Below, in pieces: positions 1-9,024 of a DNA stretch of 64,000 nucleotides. The translations under genes were made by a program, and so were the position numbers. The notes under the pieces were generated by a model. The model was not told the origin of the DNA. It was given only the letters and a program-made list of their open reading frames with translations, and did not search any database. Position 1 is the stretch's first letter, and each line of letters begins with the position of its first letter. The DNA comes from Clostridiales bacterium (GTDB lineage: Bacteria; Bacillota; Clostridia; Oscillospirales; Acutalibacteraceae), in NCBI GenBank assembly GCA_012840445.1, contig DULI01000006.1:63240-127239 (forward strand), read 5' to 3'.

Positions 1-169
1 CTATATCCAGTGGAAAACGTTCGGCAAGCGCAGTAGCTAATATATTAATCACAATAACTGCCACAATAAAAAGTGCAGTAAACACGGTTGCCAAGGCACC
101 GTGTTTTAGCGCAGCCTTATTTTTTATCTTCTTCCGGGGCTGAATATCATTTATTTTGTTATCTTTCAT
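1..169 (-). CDS. N-terminal fragment of a membrane protein that continues the ABC-2 operon (possibly GldG-like); runs off the window edge
   Basis: ATG at 169-167 with AAGGAGG upstream, 14 nt after the permease stop. Translates MKDNKINDIQPRKKIKNKAALKHGALATVFTALFIVAVIVINILATALAERFPLDI (basic N-terminus plus one TM helix). The frame is open to base 1. Confidence 0.4.
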   Translation of the reverse strand, partial: MKDNKINDIQPRKKIKNKAALKHGALATVFTALFIVAVIVINILATALAERFPLDI

Positions 170-183
170 GGCTCCAGCCTCCT

Positions 184-885
184 TTATGCCCATCTCTTCT
201 TCTCAAGCATACGTACCGTCAAAAACAGGAACACGGCAGCAAAGCTTAAGAAAAAGACCACATTAGAATAGTCGAATATTCCGTTTGTAAAGGCCTCGTA
301 CCTTCCAAGAAACGACACCCAATCAGCAATCTTCTTGACTATGCTGATATTAATAATTTCCGCAAAAGTGTCTAGCAGCATAACAAACAACGAAATGGCA
401 AAACTCGCGACTGCGGCCACCATCTGGCTTTCGGTAAGCGAGGATACAAAAATTCCTATAGAAATCAGCGCACTTCCAAGCAGCAAAATCCCAAGAAGGT
501 TGCCAAAGTATACTATCCAGTTGGGGGAAACATAGGCGGATATAATTAGCTGAAAAACCAAAGTGCCCGAAAACCCAATCAGAAATACAACCATCGCGGC
601 AAAAAACTTGCCAAGAACTATAGAGCTTAGCCTAATCGGCGCAGTAAGCAGAGCCTGGTCGACCTTAAGGCGCTTGTCCTCAGACATAAGCCGCATGGTA
701 AGAATGGGTATTACAAACAATACGATTGAAAACATCTGAGAAAACACAAAGGACAAATCCGGGCTTCCCAATGAATACTGGAAAGAGAAAAAGTAGCCCG
801 AGAACAACAAAAACAACACAATAACCACATAGCCTATGGGGGAAACAAAATAAGCCCTTATTTCACGCTTGAAAATAGCTAACAT
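184..885 (-). CDS. ABC-2 type transporter permease
   Basis: 233-aa polytopic hydrophobic ORF starting MLAIFKREIRAYFVSPIGYVV, typical of ABC-2 permeases. Its start overlaps the stop of the upstream ATPase (ATGA-type coupling). Confidence 0.8.
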   Translation of the reverse strand: MLAIFKREIRAYFVSPIGYVVIVLFLLFSGYFFSFQYSLGSPDLSFVFSQMFSIVLFVIPILTMRLMSEDKRLKVDQALLTAPIRLSSIVLGKFFAAMVVFLIGFSGTLVFQLIISAYVSPNWIVYFGNLLGILLLGSALISIGIFVSSLTESQMVAAVASFAISLFVMLLDTFAEIINISIVKKIADWVSFLGRYEAFTNGIFDYSNVVFFLSFAAVFLFLTVRMLEKKRWA

Positions 886-2006
886 TATACTTCCTCCTTA
901 TCCTTCAAAGTCTGGCCGCTGTCGGGTTCTTGATTGTCGGTTGATAAGGATAATGCTTCTTCCTGGCTTTTTTCCGCACTTTCATCCGATTCAGCCGCCT
1001 GGCCACTTAAAGCCTCGGATTTTGTTTCGTTCACGGGTTTAAACAACTGCTTATTGTTTTCGGCATTATCCATTAAGCGGAGGAAGATTTGCTCAAGTGT
1101 CAGCTCGTTGGATTTAAACATCAGCAGTGGCCAGTGGCGCTGTGCAAGGCGCTCAAATATAATTGGCCTTATATCGCGCGCGTTTTCAAAAGGTTCAATT
1201 ATATATTCAAATACACCCTTTTCCCTGGCTCCAAGGCAGGTTACCGCTTTCACTCCGGGTACAGTTTTTAGCAGGTTTGCAACATCGGCTCTCGGCCCTG
1301 CAATACGCGCTGTAAGTGAATGGTCGGTTGAAAGGTTGCGCGAAAGGTTTTCCGGGGTATCGTCTGCTATTATACGCCCTTTTGCAATAATGATAACCCT
1401 CTCGCACACCGCCTGTACTTCAGACAGTATGTGGGAACTTAAAATAACGGTGTGGTTTTTGCCAAGCTGTTTAATTAAATTCCTGATTTCAATAATCTGC
1501 TGCGGGTCAAGGCCGACGGTAGGCTCATCGAGGATTAGCACATCGGGATTGCCTATCAGCGCCTGCGCAATTCCAACCCTCTGGCGGTAACCTTTGGAAA
1601 GGTTTCTGATTAAGCGGTTATAAACATTTTCAATTCTCACTAACCGGCATATTTCCTCAATATGGGGTTTTCTTGGGAATCTAACCTTTTTTAAGTCAAA
1701 AATAAAATTAAGGTATTCCTTGACGGTCATCTCAAGGTATAACGGCGGATGTTCCGGCAGGTATCCTATCCTTTTCTTTGCCTGGTCCGGGTTTTCAAGA
1801 ATATCGTAACCGTCAATTTTTACCGTTCCTGAAGTAGATGAAAGGTAACCGGTAATTATATTCATGGTGGTGGATTTTCCGGCACCGTTGGGGCCAAGAA
1901 ATCCCAAAATTTCGCCGTCATTAACCGTAAAGCTTACATCATCTACCGCCAGAATATTGCCGTACCTTTTGTACAGATGCTCAACTTCAATCATTTGTAT
2001 CACCAT
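885..2006 (-). CDS. ABC transporter ATP-binding protein with an acidic low-complexity C-terminal tail
   Basis: Walker A GPNGAGKST, signature LSKGYRQR and Walker B VLILDEP are present. The last ~60 aa are E/S/Q-rich. An alternative start is the ATG 12 nt downstream. Confidence 0.9.
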   Translation of the reverse strand: MVIQMIEVEHLYKRYGNILAVDDVSFTVNDGEILGFLGPNGAGKSTTMNIITGYLSSTSGTVKIDGYDILENPDQAKKRIGYLPEHPPLYLEMTVKEYLNFIFDLKKVRFPRKPHIEEICRLVRIENVYNRLIRNLSKGYRQRVGIAQALIGNPDVLILDEPTVGLDPQQIIEIRNLIKQLGKNHTVILSSHILSEVQAVCERVIIIAKGRIIADDTPENLSRNLSTDHSLTARIAGPRADVANLLKTVPGVKAVTCLGAREKGVFEYIIEPFENARDIRPIIFERLAQRHWPLLMFKSNELTLEQIFLRLMDNAENNKQLFKPVNETKSEALSGQAAESDESAEKSQEEALSLSTDNQEPDSGQTLKDKEEV

Positions 2007-2251
2007 TTCTGCCTTTTGCCGGCATTTAATTTAAGCATAAATTTAAAACCATTTTATCAGATAATGATAAAATATTTGTGAACCTTCTCTTAATAATGCT
2101 TGTCATATATTAGAATATTATACACTAAAAAACAGGTAAAATAAAGTTTATTTTCCTTAAAACTCGCATGATAACTGCTAATCCATGGTTGACTTAAAAT
2201 TGACCGCAATATACAATAAGTTTATATACGACCATATGAAAGGTGATGTTT

Positions 2252-3520
2252 ATGGCTGAAATTAGGCCCTTTAAAGCACTGAGATTTACCGAAAAAGCCG
2301 GTGATATTAAAGAGCTTTGTTGCCCTCCTTATGACGTAATCAGCGAAGAACAGCGCAAGGCATTTCTTGCCGCGAACCCATATAATGTAATCCGCCTTGA
2401 GCTTCCCAAAGAAGGGGGCGACCCATACAAAGAAGCGGCAAGCACCCTTGACAAATGGCTAGAAGGCGGCATTATGGCTGTCGATAAGATTCCTAGCATT
2501 TACATCTATGAAGAAGCCTTTAAGGTAAAAGGGCGCGAATATAGTATTAAGGGGTTTATCTGCCGCGTAAAGCTGGAGGAGTTCTCCAAAGGGGTAATTC
2601 TCCCCCACGAAGAAACTCTTTCCAAAGCCAAAGCCGACCGTTTCAATCTCATGTGCTCCACCGGCTGCAATTTCAGCCAGATCTATGCATTGTATAACGA
2701 TGAAAACGGCGACACCTTTAGTATTATAGACAAACTCTCAAAATCTTCCCCCCATCAGGAGTTTTGTGACAATGACGGGGTGACCCACAGGCTTTGGATA
2801 GTGCCCGAAAACGAGGAAGTAAGGCTTATCTGCCGTCAGTTTGAAAACCGCCGGCTTTACATTGCCGACGGCCACCACAGGTATGAAACGGCGCTTAATT
2901 ACCGCAACCATTTAAGGCAAAACGGAATACAAAACGAAAACGCCGACTATGTCATGATGATGCTCGTGGATATTAACAACCCCGGGCTTGTGGTTTTCCC
3001 CACACATAGAATTGTCCGAGACCTTGAGTCGTTTGATACCGACAGGATTTTGGCCGAATGTCAGGAGTACTTTGAAATCGAAAAGATTTCAGAAAATTCA
3101 ATAGAGCAAAAACTGTCAGAACAGTACGGCAATCACAAAAAGGCGTTTGTGTATTTTGACAATATAAATTACTACCTGCTTACCTTAAAGGACCTGTCTG
3201 TAATGGAAAAACTACTGCCTGGCAAAAGCCAGGCACTCCGCGGGCTTGACGTATCCATCCTTCATACACTGATACTTGAAAAGATATTCGGGATAGACGC
3301 CGAAAACATGGCAAAGCAGATTAACCTTACCTACACAAGGGTTGAACGCGAAGCAATAGAGGCAGTAAGAAGCGGCATCGCCAACTGCGCATTTCTGCTT
3401 AACCCCACCCGGGTTGATGAAATTGCAGCGGTGGCAGCCGCAGGCGAAAAAATGCCGCAAAAATCCACCTACTTTTACCCCAAGCTCATAACCGGACTTG
3501 TAATGAACAAGATATTATAA
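2252..3520 (+). CDS. DUF1015 family protein
   Basis: N-terminus MAEIRPFKALRF...CPPYDVIS and ADGHHRYETAL match the DUF1015 family as I remember it. GAAAGG RBS lies 8 nt before the ATG at 2252; the ORF track's longest start is 2243. Confidence 0.85.
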   Translation: MAEIRPFKALRFTEKAGDIKELCCPPYDVISEEQRKAFLAANPYNVIRLELPKEGGDPYKEAASTLDKWLEGGIMAVDKIPSIYIYEEAFKVKGREYSIKGFICRVKLEEFSKGVILPHEETLSKAKADRFNLMCSTGCNFSQIYALYNDENGDTFSIIDKLSKSSPHQEFCDNDGVTHRLWIVPENEEVRLICRQFENRRLYIADGHHRYETALNYRNHLRQNGIQNENADYVMMMLVDINNPGLVVFPTHRIVRDLESFDTDRILAECQEYFEIEKISENSIEQKLSEQYGNHKKAFVYFDNINYYLLTLKDLSVMEKLLPGKSQALRGLDVSILHTLILEKIFGIDAENMAKQINLTYTRVEREAIEAVRSGIANCAFLLNPTRVDEIAAVAAAGEKMPQKSTYFYPKLITGLVMNKIL

Positions 3521-3551
3521 ACTTTAGATAATTAAATTGAGGATGGTAATT

Positions 3552-4739
3552 ATGGACTATACTTTTTCCGACCGTGTATCTCAACTAAAACCCTCCGCAA
3601 TACGTGAAATCTTGAAATTCACATCAGTTCCGGGCATTATTCCCTTTGCGGCGGGCAATCCCGCTCCCGAGGCATTCCCGGTGGAGGAGATTCAGAAACT
3701 TTCGCAGGAGATTTTAAGTCAGAACCCAATCCTTGCGCTTCAGTATTCCATAACCGAAGGGTATACGCCCTTGAGGGAACACCTTGAAACTTATATGAAG
3801 CAAAAACACAACACAGGCCGCGATTTTGACAATATAATCATAACCGCGGGCGCCCAGCAGGTTATGGACCTGTCGGCAAAAGCATTGTGTAACGAGCACG
3901 ACACAGTCATTTGCGAAAACCCGAGTTTCATCGGTTCCTTAAATGCCTTCCGTTCTTACAACCTCAAGCTTTGCGGCATAGAGGTTGAGGAAGACGGCAT
4001 GAACATGGAGAAACTCGAGCAGGCCCTTAAAACTGAGCAAAACGTTAGGTTCATCTACACTATCCCCAACTTCCAGAACCCCTCTGGCGTTACAATGTCC
4101 TTTGAAAAACGCAAACAGATGTATCAGCTTGCCAAAAAGTACAACGTAATTATCATTGAAGACAACCCCTACGGTGACATACGCTTCTCCGGCCAGGATA
4201 TTCCCACTATTAAAAGCCTTGACGAAGACGGTATTGTCATATATGCCGGCAGTTTTTCAAAGGTCCTATCACCGGGGCTGCGTGTTGGATTTTGCATAGC
4301 ACCCGAGCAGATTATTTCAAAGCTTGTGGTCTGCAAGCAGGTCAGCGATGTTCATACAGGAATATTCAATCAGATTCTGGCCTATGAATTCATGACCCGC
4401 TGCAACTATGAATCGCATCTTGAGCGCATCAGAAGCATTTACAGGCACAAAGCCCGGCTTATGATGGATTTGATTGAACAGCACCTCACCCCGTATGTTA
4501 CATACACAAAGGTAGAGGGGGGGTTGTTCACCTGGTGCCGCCTGCCTGATAGCGTGGATATGCTACAGTTTTGCAAAGCGGCAATCGACAAGGGGGTTGC
4601 TGTGGTACCCGGTACCGCTTTCTGCATGAGTGCAGACGAGCCAAGCCAGTGCTTCAGGCTCAATTACTCCACCCCCACCGACGAGCAGATTGTCAAAGGC
4701 CTGGAGTTATTAGGCCAGACCATAAAATCCATCATTTAA
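3552..4739 (+). CDS. PLP-dependent aminotransferase (class I/II, 2-aminoadipate/aromatic aminotransferase-like)
   Basis: Fold-type I motifs present: FAAGNPAPEAFP, IYTIPNFQNPSG, and YAGSFSKVLSPGLRVG with the PLP lysine in SFSK. GAGGA RBS precedes the ATG at 3552. Confidence 0.85.
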   Translation: MDYTFSDRVSQLKPSAIREILKFTSVPGIIPFAAGNPAPEAFPVEEIQKLSQEILSQNPILALQYSITEGYTPLREHLETYMKQKHNTGRDFDNIIITAGAQQVMDLSAKALCNEHDTVICENPSFIGSLNAFRSYNLKLCGIEVEEDGMNMEKLEQALKTEQNVRFIYTIPNFQNPSGVTMSFEKRKQMYQLAKKYNVIIIEDNPYGDIRFSGQDIPTIKSLDEDGIVIYAGSFSKVLSPGLRVGFCIAPEQIISKLVVCKQVSDVHTGIFNQILAYEFMTRCNYESHLERIRSIYRHKARLMMDLIEQHLTPYVTYTKVEGGLFTWCRLPDSVDMLQFCKAAIDKGVAVVPGTAFCMSADEPSQCFRLNYSTPTDEQIVKGLELLGQTIKSII

Positions 4740-4756
4740 GGTTAGGAGACAAGGTT

Positions 4757-5773
4757 ATGAACGATATAACTAACAATACAGCCGAAATCAAAAAAAGGGT
4801 CTTAAGCGCTGTCCAGCCCAGCGGCATGCTGACGCTCGGCAATTATCTTGGGGCACTTAAAAACTGGGTAAGTATGCAGGACGAATACGATTGTTTTTAC
4901 GCGGTGGCCGACCTTCATGCCATAACCGTCCGGCAAAAACCGGCAGACCTCAGGGCTCAAATCTATTCCACCTGCGCGCTTTTGCTGTCAGTCGGCCTTG
5001 ACCCTCAAAAATCCACCCTGTTTATACAGTCGCATGTAGGCGCCCACACAAAACTATCCTGGGTGCTTGGTTGCTACACCCAGTTTGGCGAACTTTCCCG
5101 CATGACCCAGTTTAAGGACAAATCGGCAAAGCACGCTGACAATATAAACCTCGGGCTTTTTGCCTATCCCACATTAATGGCAGCAGACATTTTGTTATAC
5201 CAGCCCGATTACGTTCCGGTAGGCTCCGACCAGAAGCAGCACCTGGAGCTTTGCCGTGACATAGCCGATAGGATGAATAACCTTTACGACAACCTGTTTA
5301 AAATTCCCGAGCCTTTTATTCCCAAAATTGCCGCGCGCGTTATGTCCCTTCAGGACCCCACCAAAAAGATGTCAAAATCGGACGAAAATATAAACGCCTG
5401 GGTTGCCATTGTAGACAAACCAGACGATATAATGCGCAAATTCAAACGCGCCGTAACAGATTCAGACACAAAAGTATGTATTGGCGAAGGAAAGGACGGT
5501 ATTAATAACCTGATCGGCATATATTCGGCAATAACCGGCAAAACTGCCGAGCAGATAGAGGCCGAGTTTGAAGGAAAAGGCTACGGCGACTTCAAAAAGG
5601 CTGTCGGCGAGGCGGTGGTCGAAGAACTAAGACCGATAAGGGAAACATACGAAAAGCTGATCAAGGACAAGTCATACCTTGAGGAAGTATATAAATCCGG
5701 CGCCCAAAAGGCAGAATATGTGGCCTCGCGTACTGTCAACAAAGTAATGAAAAAACTTGGGTTTGTGCTTTAA
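4757..5773 (+). CDS. trpS: tryptophan--tRNA ligase
   Basis: Class I motifs: SGMLTLGNYLGA (HIGH-like region) and KMSKS. GGAGA RBS precedes the ATG at 4757. The track ORF starting at 4571 is an upstream extension that overlaps the aminotransferase. Confidence 0.95.
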   Translation: MNDITNNTAEIKKRVLSAVQPSGMLTLGNYLGALKNWVSMQDEYDCFYAVADLHAITVRQKPADLRAQIYSTCALLLSVGLDPQKSTLFIQSHVGAHTKLSWVLGCYTQFGELSRMTQFKDKSAKHADNINLGLFAYPTLMAADILLYQPDYVPVGSDQKQHLELCRDIADRMNNLYDNLFKIPEPFIPKIAARVMSLQDPTKKMSKSDENINAWVAIVDKPDDIMRKFKRAVTDSDTKVCIGEGKDGINNLIGIYSAITGKTAEQIEAEFEGKGYGDFKKAVGEAVVEELRPIRETYEKLIKDKSYLEEVYKSGAQKAEYVASRTVNKVMKKLGFVL

Positions 5774-7014
5774 TTTTTATACTTCTTGTATTCAAGCACC
5801 CCATCCATCCAGGAAATGCGCCTTTTCAGAAAATTCTTAAGGTGCGCAATTTCCTCTTCGTAGGTGAATTTTGATTCCCTGCGTCTTAACTCTGTGTGCA
5901 TCATGGCGTCGGGCCACACCTTGAAATTCTCTATTCGGGATTTCTCAATATACTTGCTCATTTGGTCTATGTTGGTAAAAATACTGTCTATTATACCCTC
6001 ATTCCTAATCTGTGCCCAGCGCTGTCTTACTTTCTCCATAAATGTCTTATCATAGGTCAGTTCATGATACCACGGGGCCTGGCTGACATGCCAGCCCACA
6101 GGGTTTTCGGTACGGTCTCCCGTTATCTGGTTGCCCATGCAGGTGTCATAATCCCAGATAGGCCCCATGTGGATTATCCCGGCGTTGTCCATGTAAAAGT
6201 AGCAGCTTGTGACGAATTTGGAGTCATAGTTCTTGACAAGTTCGTTCAGGATATACCAGTTGACAAAAGAATCCACATCTATATGCTTTGAATATTCATT
6301 ATACCCACGTCTAAGGGATGCTTCGGCATCCTTTATTTTATTTATCAGGTATTCTTTCACGGTACCTGATATTATGTCCTCTCCAGGCTCTTTAAAGGTG
6401 ATATGAACCTTCATGGGGGTATCGTAATAGTTGTCGTTGAAATGATTGTGGCGGGAGTCTATTTCACACAGCACACCACTGTTTCCAAGGTCAACACGGT
6501 TCTTGCCAATCTCTATCTTTTCGGTAAGCAGGTAATTTCCCCGATATTCGCCGTTAATATACAGATCGACAAAACGGCATTCGGGGGTAAATTCTAGCCC
6601 CATATCTCTTCCAAGGGTCAGGGTAAGGTAATTCCGCAAAAGGGTTTTGTCCCAGTAGTTTGCAAGCAGTACCCAGTTTTTTGCGCTTCCCATTCCAAGC
6701 AGGTCGGTGCTCTGTTCCAGTTTTATTGCATAGGGTTTTTTGGGATGAGTCCACGTCGAATTGCCCCGGCCTTTAATGCGAATTTTCTGGTCGGAAATAT
6801 TCATTCTGCCGCCTGTAAGCGAATACGTCCCGTCGATATAATCAAATATATTTATATGATCAATAGTATTTTTACCGCTAAGTGTTATTGACAGTACCGG
6901 TATAGAATTATCCGAAGTACTGTCAGAGTCGATATCTTCCGGCATATCGCATGAAGCCAAATTCAGTACAGCACACACAAGCAGCAGGGCCGCTATTAAT
7001 CTTAAAACCTTCAT
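5770..7014 (-). CDS. CotH kinase family protein, predicted lipoprotein
   Basis: Lipobox LNLASC follows a signal peptide. The CotH-type core KKPYAIKL...NWVLLANYWDKTLLRNYL...VDLYINGEYRGNYLLTEKIE is present. Confidence 0.85.
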   Translation of the reverse strand: MKVLRLIAALLLVCAVLNLASCDMPEDIDSDSTSDNSIPVLSITLSGKNTIDHINIFDYIDGTYSLTGGRMNISDQKIRIKGRGNSTWTHPKKPYAIKLEQSTDLLGMGSAKNWVLLANYWDKTLLRNYLTLTLGRDMGLEFTPECRFVDLYINGEYRGNYLLTEKIEIGKNRVDLGNSGVLCEIDSRHNHFNDNYYDTPMKVHITFKEPGEDIISGTVKEYLINKIKDAEASLRRGYNEYSKHIDVDSFVNWYILNELVKNYDSKFVTSCYFYMDNAGIIHMGPIWDYDTCMGNQITGDRTENPVGWHVSQAPWYHELTYDKTFMEKVRQRWAQIRNEGIIDSIFTNIDQMSKYIEKSRIENFKVWPDAMMHTELRRRESKFTYEEEIAHLKNFLKRRISWMDGVLEYKKYKN

Positions 7015-7116
7015 TTCCTCATCCCTATACTAAAATCAAATATATGCGCAGTTTCATGCTATCACATATATTTTTGCAAGTCAACAAATATAATCGAAAC
7101 ATTCAGACAATCCCTA

Positions 7117-7136
7117 ATACATAATATATTATGTAT
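7117..7136. promoter_or_regulatory. perfect 20-bp palindrome (candidate operator) upstream of the asnB-like gene
   Basis: ATACATAATA|TATTATGTAT is exactly self-complementary and lies 31 nt upstream of the ATG at 7168. It is AT-rich, so a chance occurrence is possible. Confidence 0.3.
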
Positions 7137-7167
7137 CAAATAAACTTTAAAGGGGTTTTAAGTATAT

Positions 7168-8994
7168 ATGAGCGGAATTGCCGGAGCTGTAAATTTTCAC
7201 AACATATTCGAGGAATCGGTTTTTGCGTCGATGCTTAAAGTGCTAAAACAAAGGGGCCCCGACCAACAGGGGATATACAGCAGCGATTTTGTGCGGCTTG
7301 TTAATGCGCGTCTTGCGGTTATAGACCAAGAGCACGGCAGGCAGCCAATACATACGGTGTCCGACGGCAATGAATACGTTTTGGTAATGGACGGCAGGAT
7401 ATTCAACGCAAACGAAATAAGAAACAGACTGCGTTCCCTCGGTCACACATTTGAGGGTTATTCGGATGCGGAGGTGGCGCTGAAATCCTACATCGAGTGG
7501 GGGGGAAACTGCCTTCACGAGCTTAACGGTGTATTTGCGTTTGCCCTTTGGGACAAGAAACTTGAAAGGCTCTTTTTTGCCCGCGACCGAATTGGGGTAA
7601 AACCATTCTTTTATTCAATTACCGAAGATGGTTTTGTGTTTGGCTCGGAAATAAAGGTACTGCTAAAACACCCCGAAATTAAGCCCGAAATTGACATAAA
7701 CTCAGTTGCCGAAATAATACTAATCGGCCCTGGCAGAACCCCCGGATACGGGGTTTTCATAAATGTAAAGGAGCTGCTGCCCGGCCACTTCGGATATTAT
7801 TCACGAGATGGCCTGGAAATTAAAAAATACTGGGAGCTTACCGACCGCGAACACACAGACAGCCTTGATGATACGGTTGAAAAGGTGCGCTTCCTTGTGA
7901 ACGACTCCGTAAAGCGGCAGCTTAGTTCCGATGTTCAGGTCTGCACCTTTTTGTCAGGCGGGCTTGATTCAAGCATCATCTCTGCCATCGCTGACAAAGA
8001 GGCGGTCAAAAACGGCTGGAAGCTTCATACCTTTTCGCTGGACTATGTGGATAACGAAAAATACTTTAAGTCTAGCAAATTTCAGCCAAACTCCGACCGG
8101 GAATATATTTTTAAGATGAGCCGCCACCTTAACGCCGAACATCATTTTGTGGAAATAGATACCCCCGAGCTTGCCGACGCGCTTTATGCGGCGGTTGACG
8201 CCAGGGATTTGCCCGGTATGGCGGATGTGGATTCCTCCCTGTATTTGCTCTCCAAAGAGGTCAAAAAATACGCTACCGTCGCCCTCTCGGGCGAATGCTC
8301 CGACGAAATTTTCGGCGGTTATTTGTGGTATCGCGACCCCACCTTAAGGCAGGTAAAAGGCTTCCCATGGGCCCAGTCGGCCGAATACCGCGCCAAATTC
8401 CTGCATAATGACCTGAAAGGCCTGATAGATCCGCAAAGTTATATTGAAGAAAAATACCTGTCCACTATTAAAGATGTGTCAAAATTGCCCGGAATTTCCG
8501 AGAGCGAGGGCAGGCTTAGGGAACTGGTGGTACTGAATTTCAAGTGGTTTATGCAGACCCTTATTGACCGCAGCGACCGGATGTGTTCCCTTGCGGGGCT
8601 TGAGGTAAGGGTACCCTACTGCGACTACCGTATTGCCGAATATCTTTATTCGGTTCCGTGGGAATATAAATACTACAATAATTATGAAAAAGGGCTGCTA
8701 CGCAAGGCCTTAGAAGGGCTGCGGCCTGACGAGGTTTTGTGGCGCAAGAAAAGCCCCTTCCCCAAGACCCACAACCCCTCATATCTCAAGGAAGTGACCA
8801 AAAGGATGAAAGAAATAATCGAAGACAGCAGCCAGCCCATACACCAAATAGTCGACATGCATGCCCTTATCGACTTAATCAATACGGATAATCCCCAGCC
8901 ATGGTATGGCCAGCTGATGACCACCCCACAAACAATCGCATACTTTTTACAGGTCAACTACTGGCTAAAAGCGTATAACATTTCAATAGTGTAA
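7168..8994 (+). CDS. asparagine synthase family protein (AsnB-like) with a degenerate glutaminase site
   Basis: PP-loop SGGLDSS and a full synthetase domain are present. The N-terminus is MSGIAG instead of MCGI, and DGR replaces NGE. AAAGGGG RBS is upstream. Confidence 0.85.
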   Translation: MSGIAGAVNFHNIFEESVFASMLKVLKQRGPDQQGIYSSDFVRLVNARLAVIDQEHGRQPIHTVSDGNEYVLVMDGRIFNANEIRNRLRSLGHTFEGYSDAEVALKSYIEWGGNCLHELNGVFAFALWDKKLERLFFARDRIGVKPFFYSITEDGFVFGSEIKVLLKHPEIKPEIDINSVAEIILIGPGRTPGYGVFINVKELLPGHFGYYSRDGLEIKKYWELTDREHTDSLDDTVEKVRFLVNDSVKRQLSSDVQVCTFLSGGLDSSIISAIADKEAVKNGWKLHTFSLDYVDNEKYFKSSKFQPNSDREYIFKMSRHLNAEHHFVEIDTPELADALYAAVDARDLPGMADVDSSLYLLSKEVKKYATVALSGECSDEIFGGYLWYRDPTLRQVKGFPWAQSAEYRAKFLHNDLKGLIDPQSYIEEKYLSTIKDVSKLPGISESEGRLRELVVLNFKWFMQTLIDRSDRMCSLAGLEVRVPYCDYRIAEYLYSVPWEYKYYNNYEKGLLRKALEGLRPDEVLWRKKSPFPKTHNPSYLKEVTKRMKEIIEDSSQPIHQIVDMHALIDLINTDNPQPWYGQLMTTPQTIAYFLQVNYWLKAYNISIV

Positions 8995-8996
8995 AT

Positions 8997-9024
8997 TAAA
9001 AAGCAGCCCTAAGGCTGCTTTTTA
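8997..9024. terminator. bidirectional intrinsic terminator between convergent genes
   Basis: Hairpin AAGCAGCC-CTAA-GGCTGCTT is flanked by an A-run and a T-run. Confidence 0.6.

Noticed and set aside
934-1590. 218-aa plus-strand ORF
   Set aside because: It is an antisense shadow of the ABC ATPase gene.
4571-4756. 5-prime extension of the trpS ORF in the track
   Set aside because: It overlaps the aminotransferase in another frame. A proper RBS and ATG occur at 4757, and the TrpS homology starts there.
7168-8994. Lasso-peptide cyclase interpretation of the Cys-less AsnB homolog
   Set aside because: No precursor peptide, transglutaminase-like protease (B protein) or dedicated exporter is adjacent.
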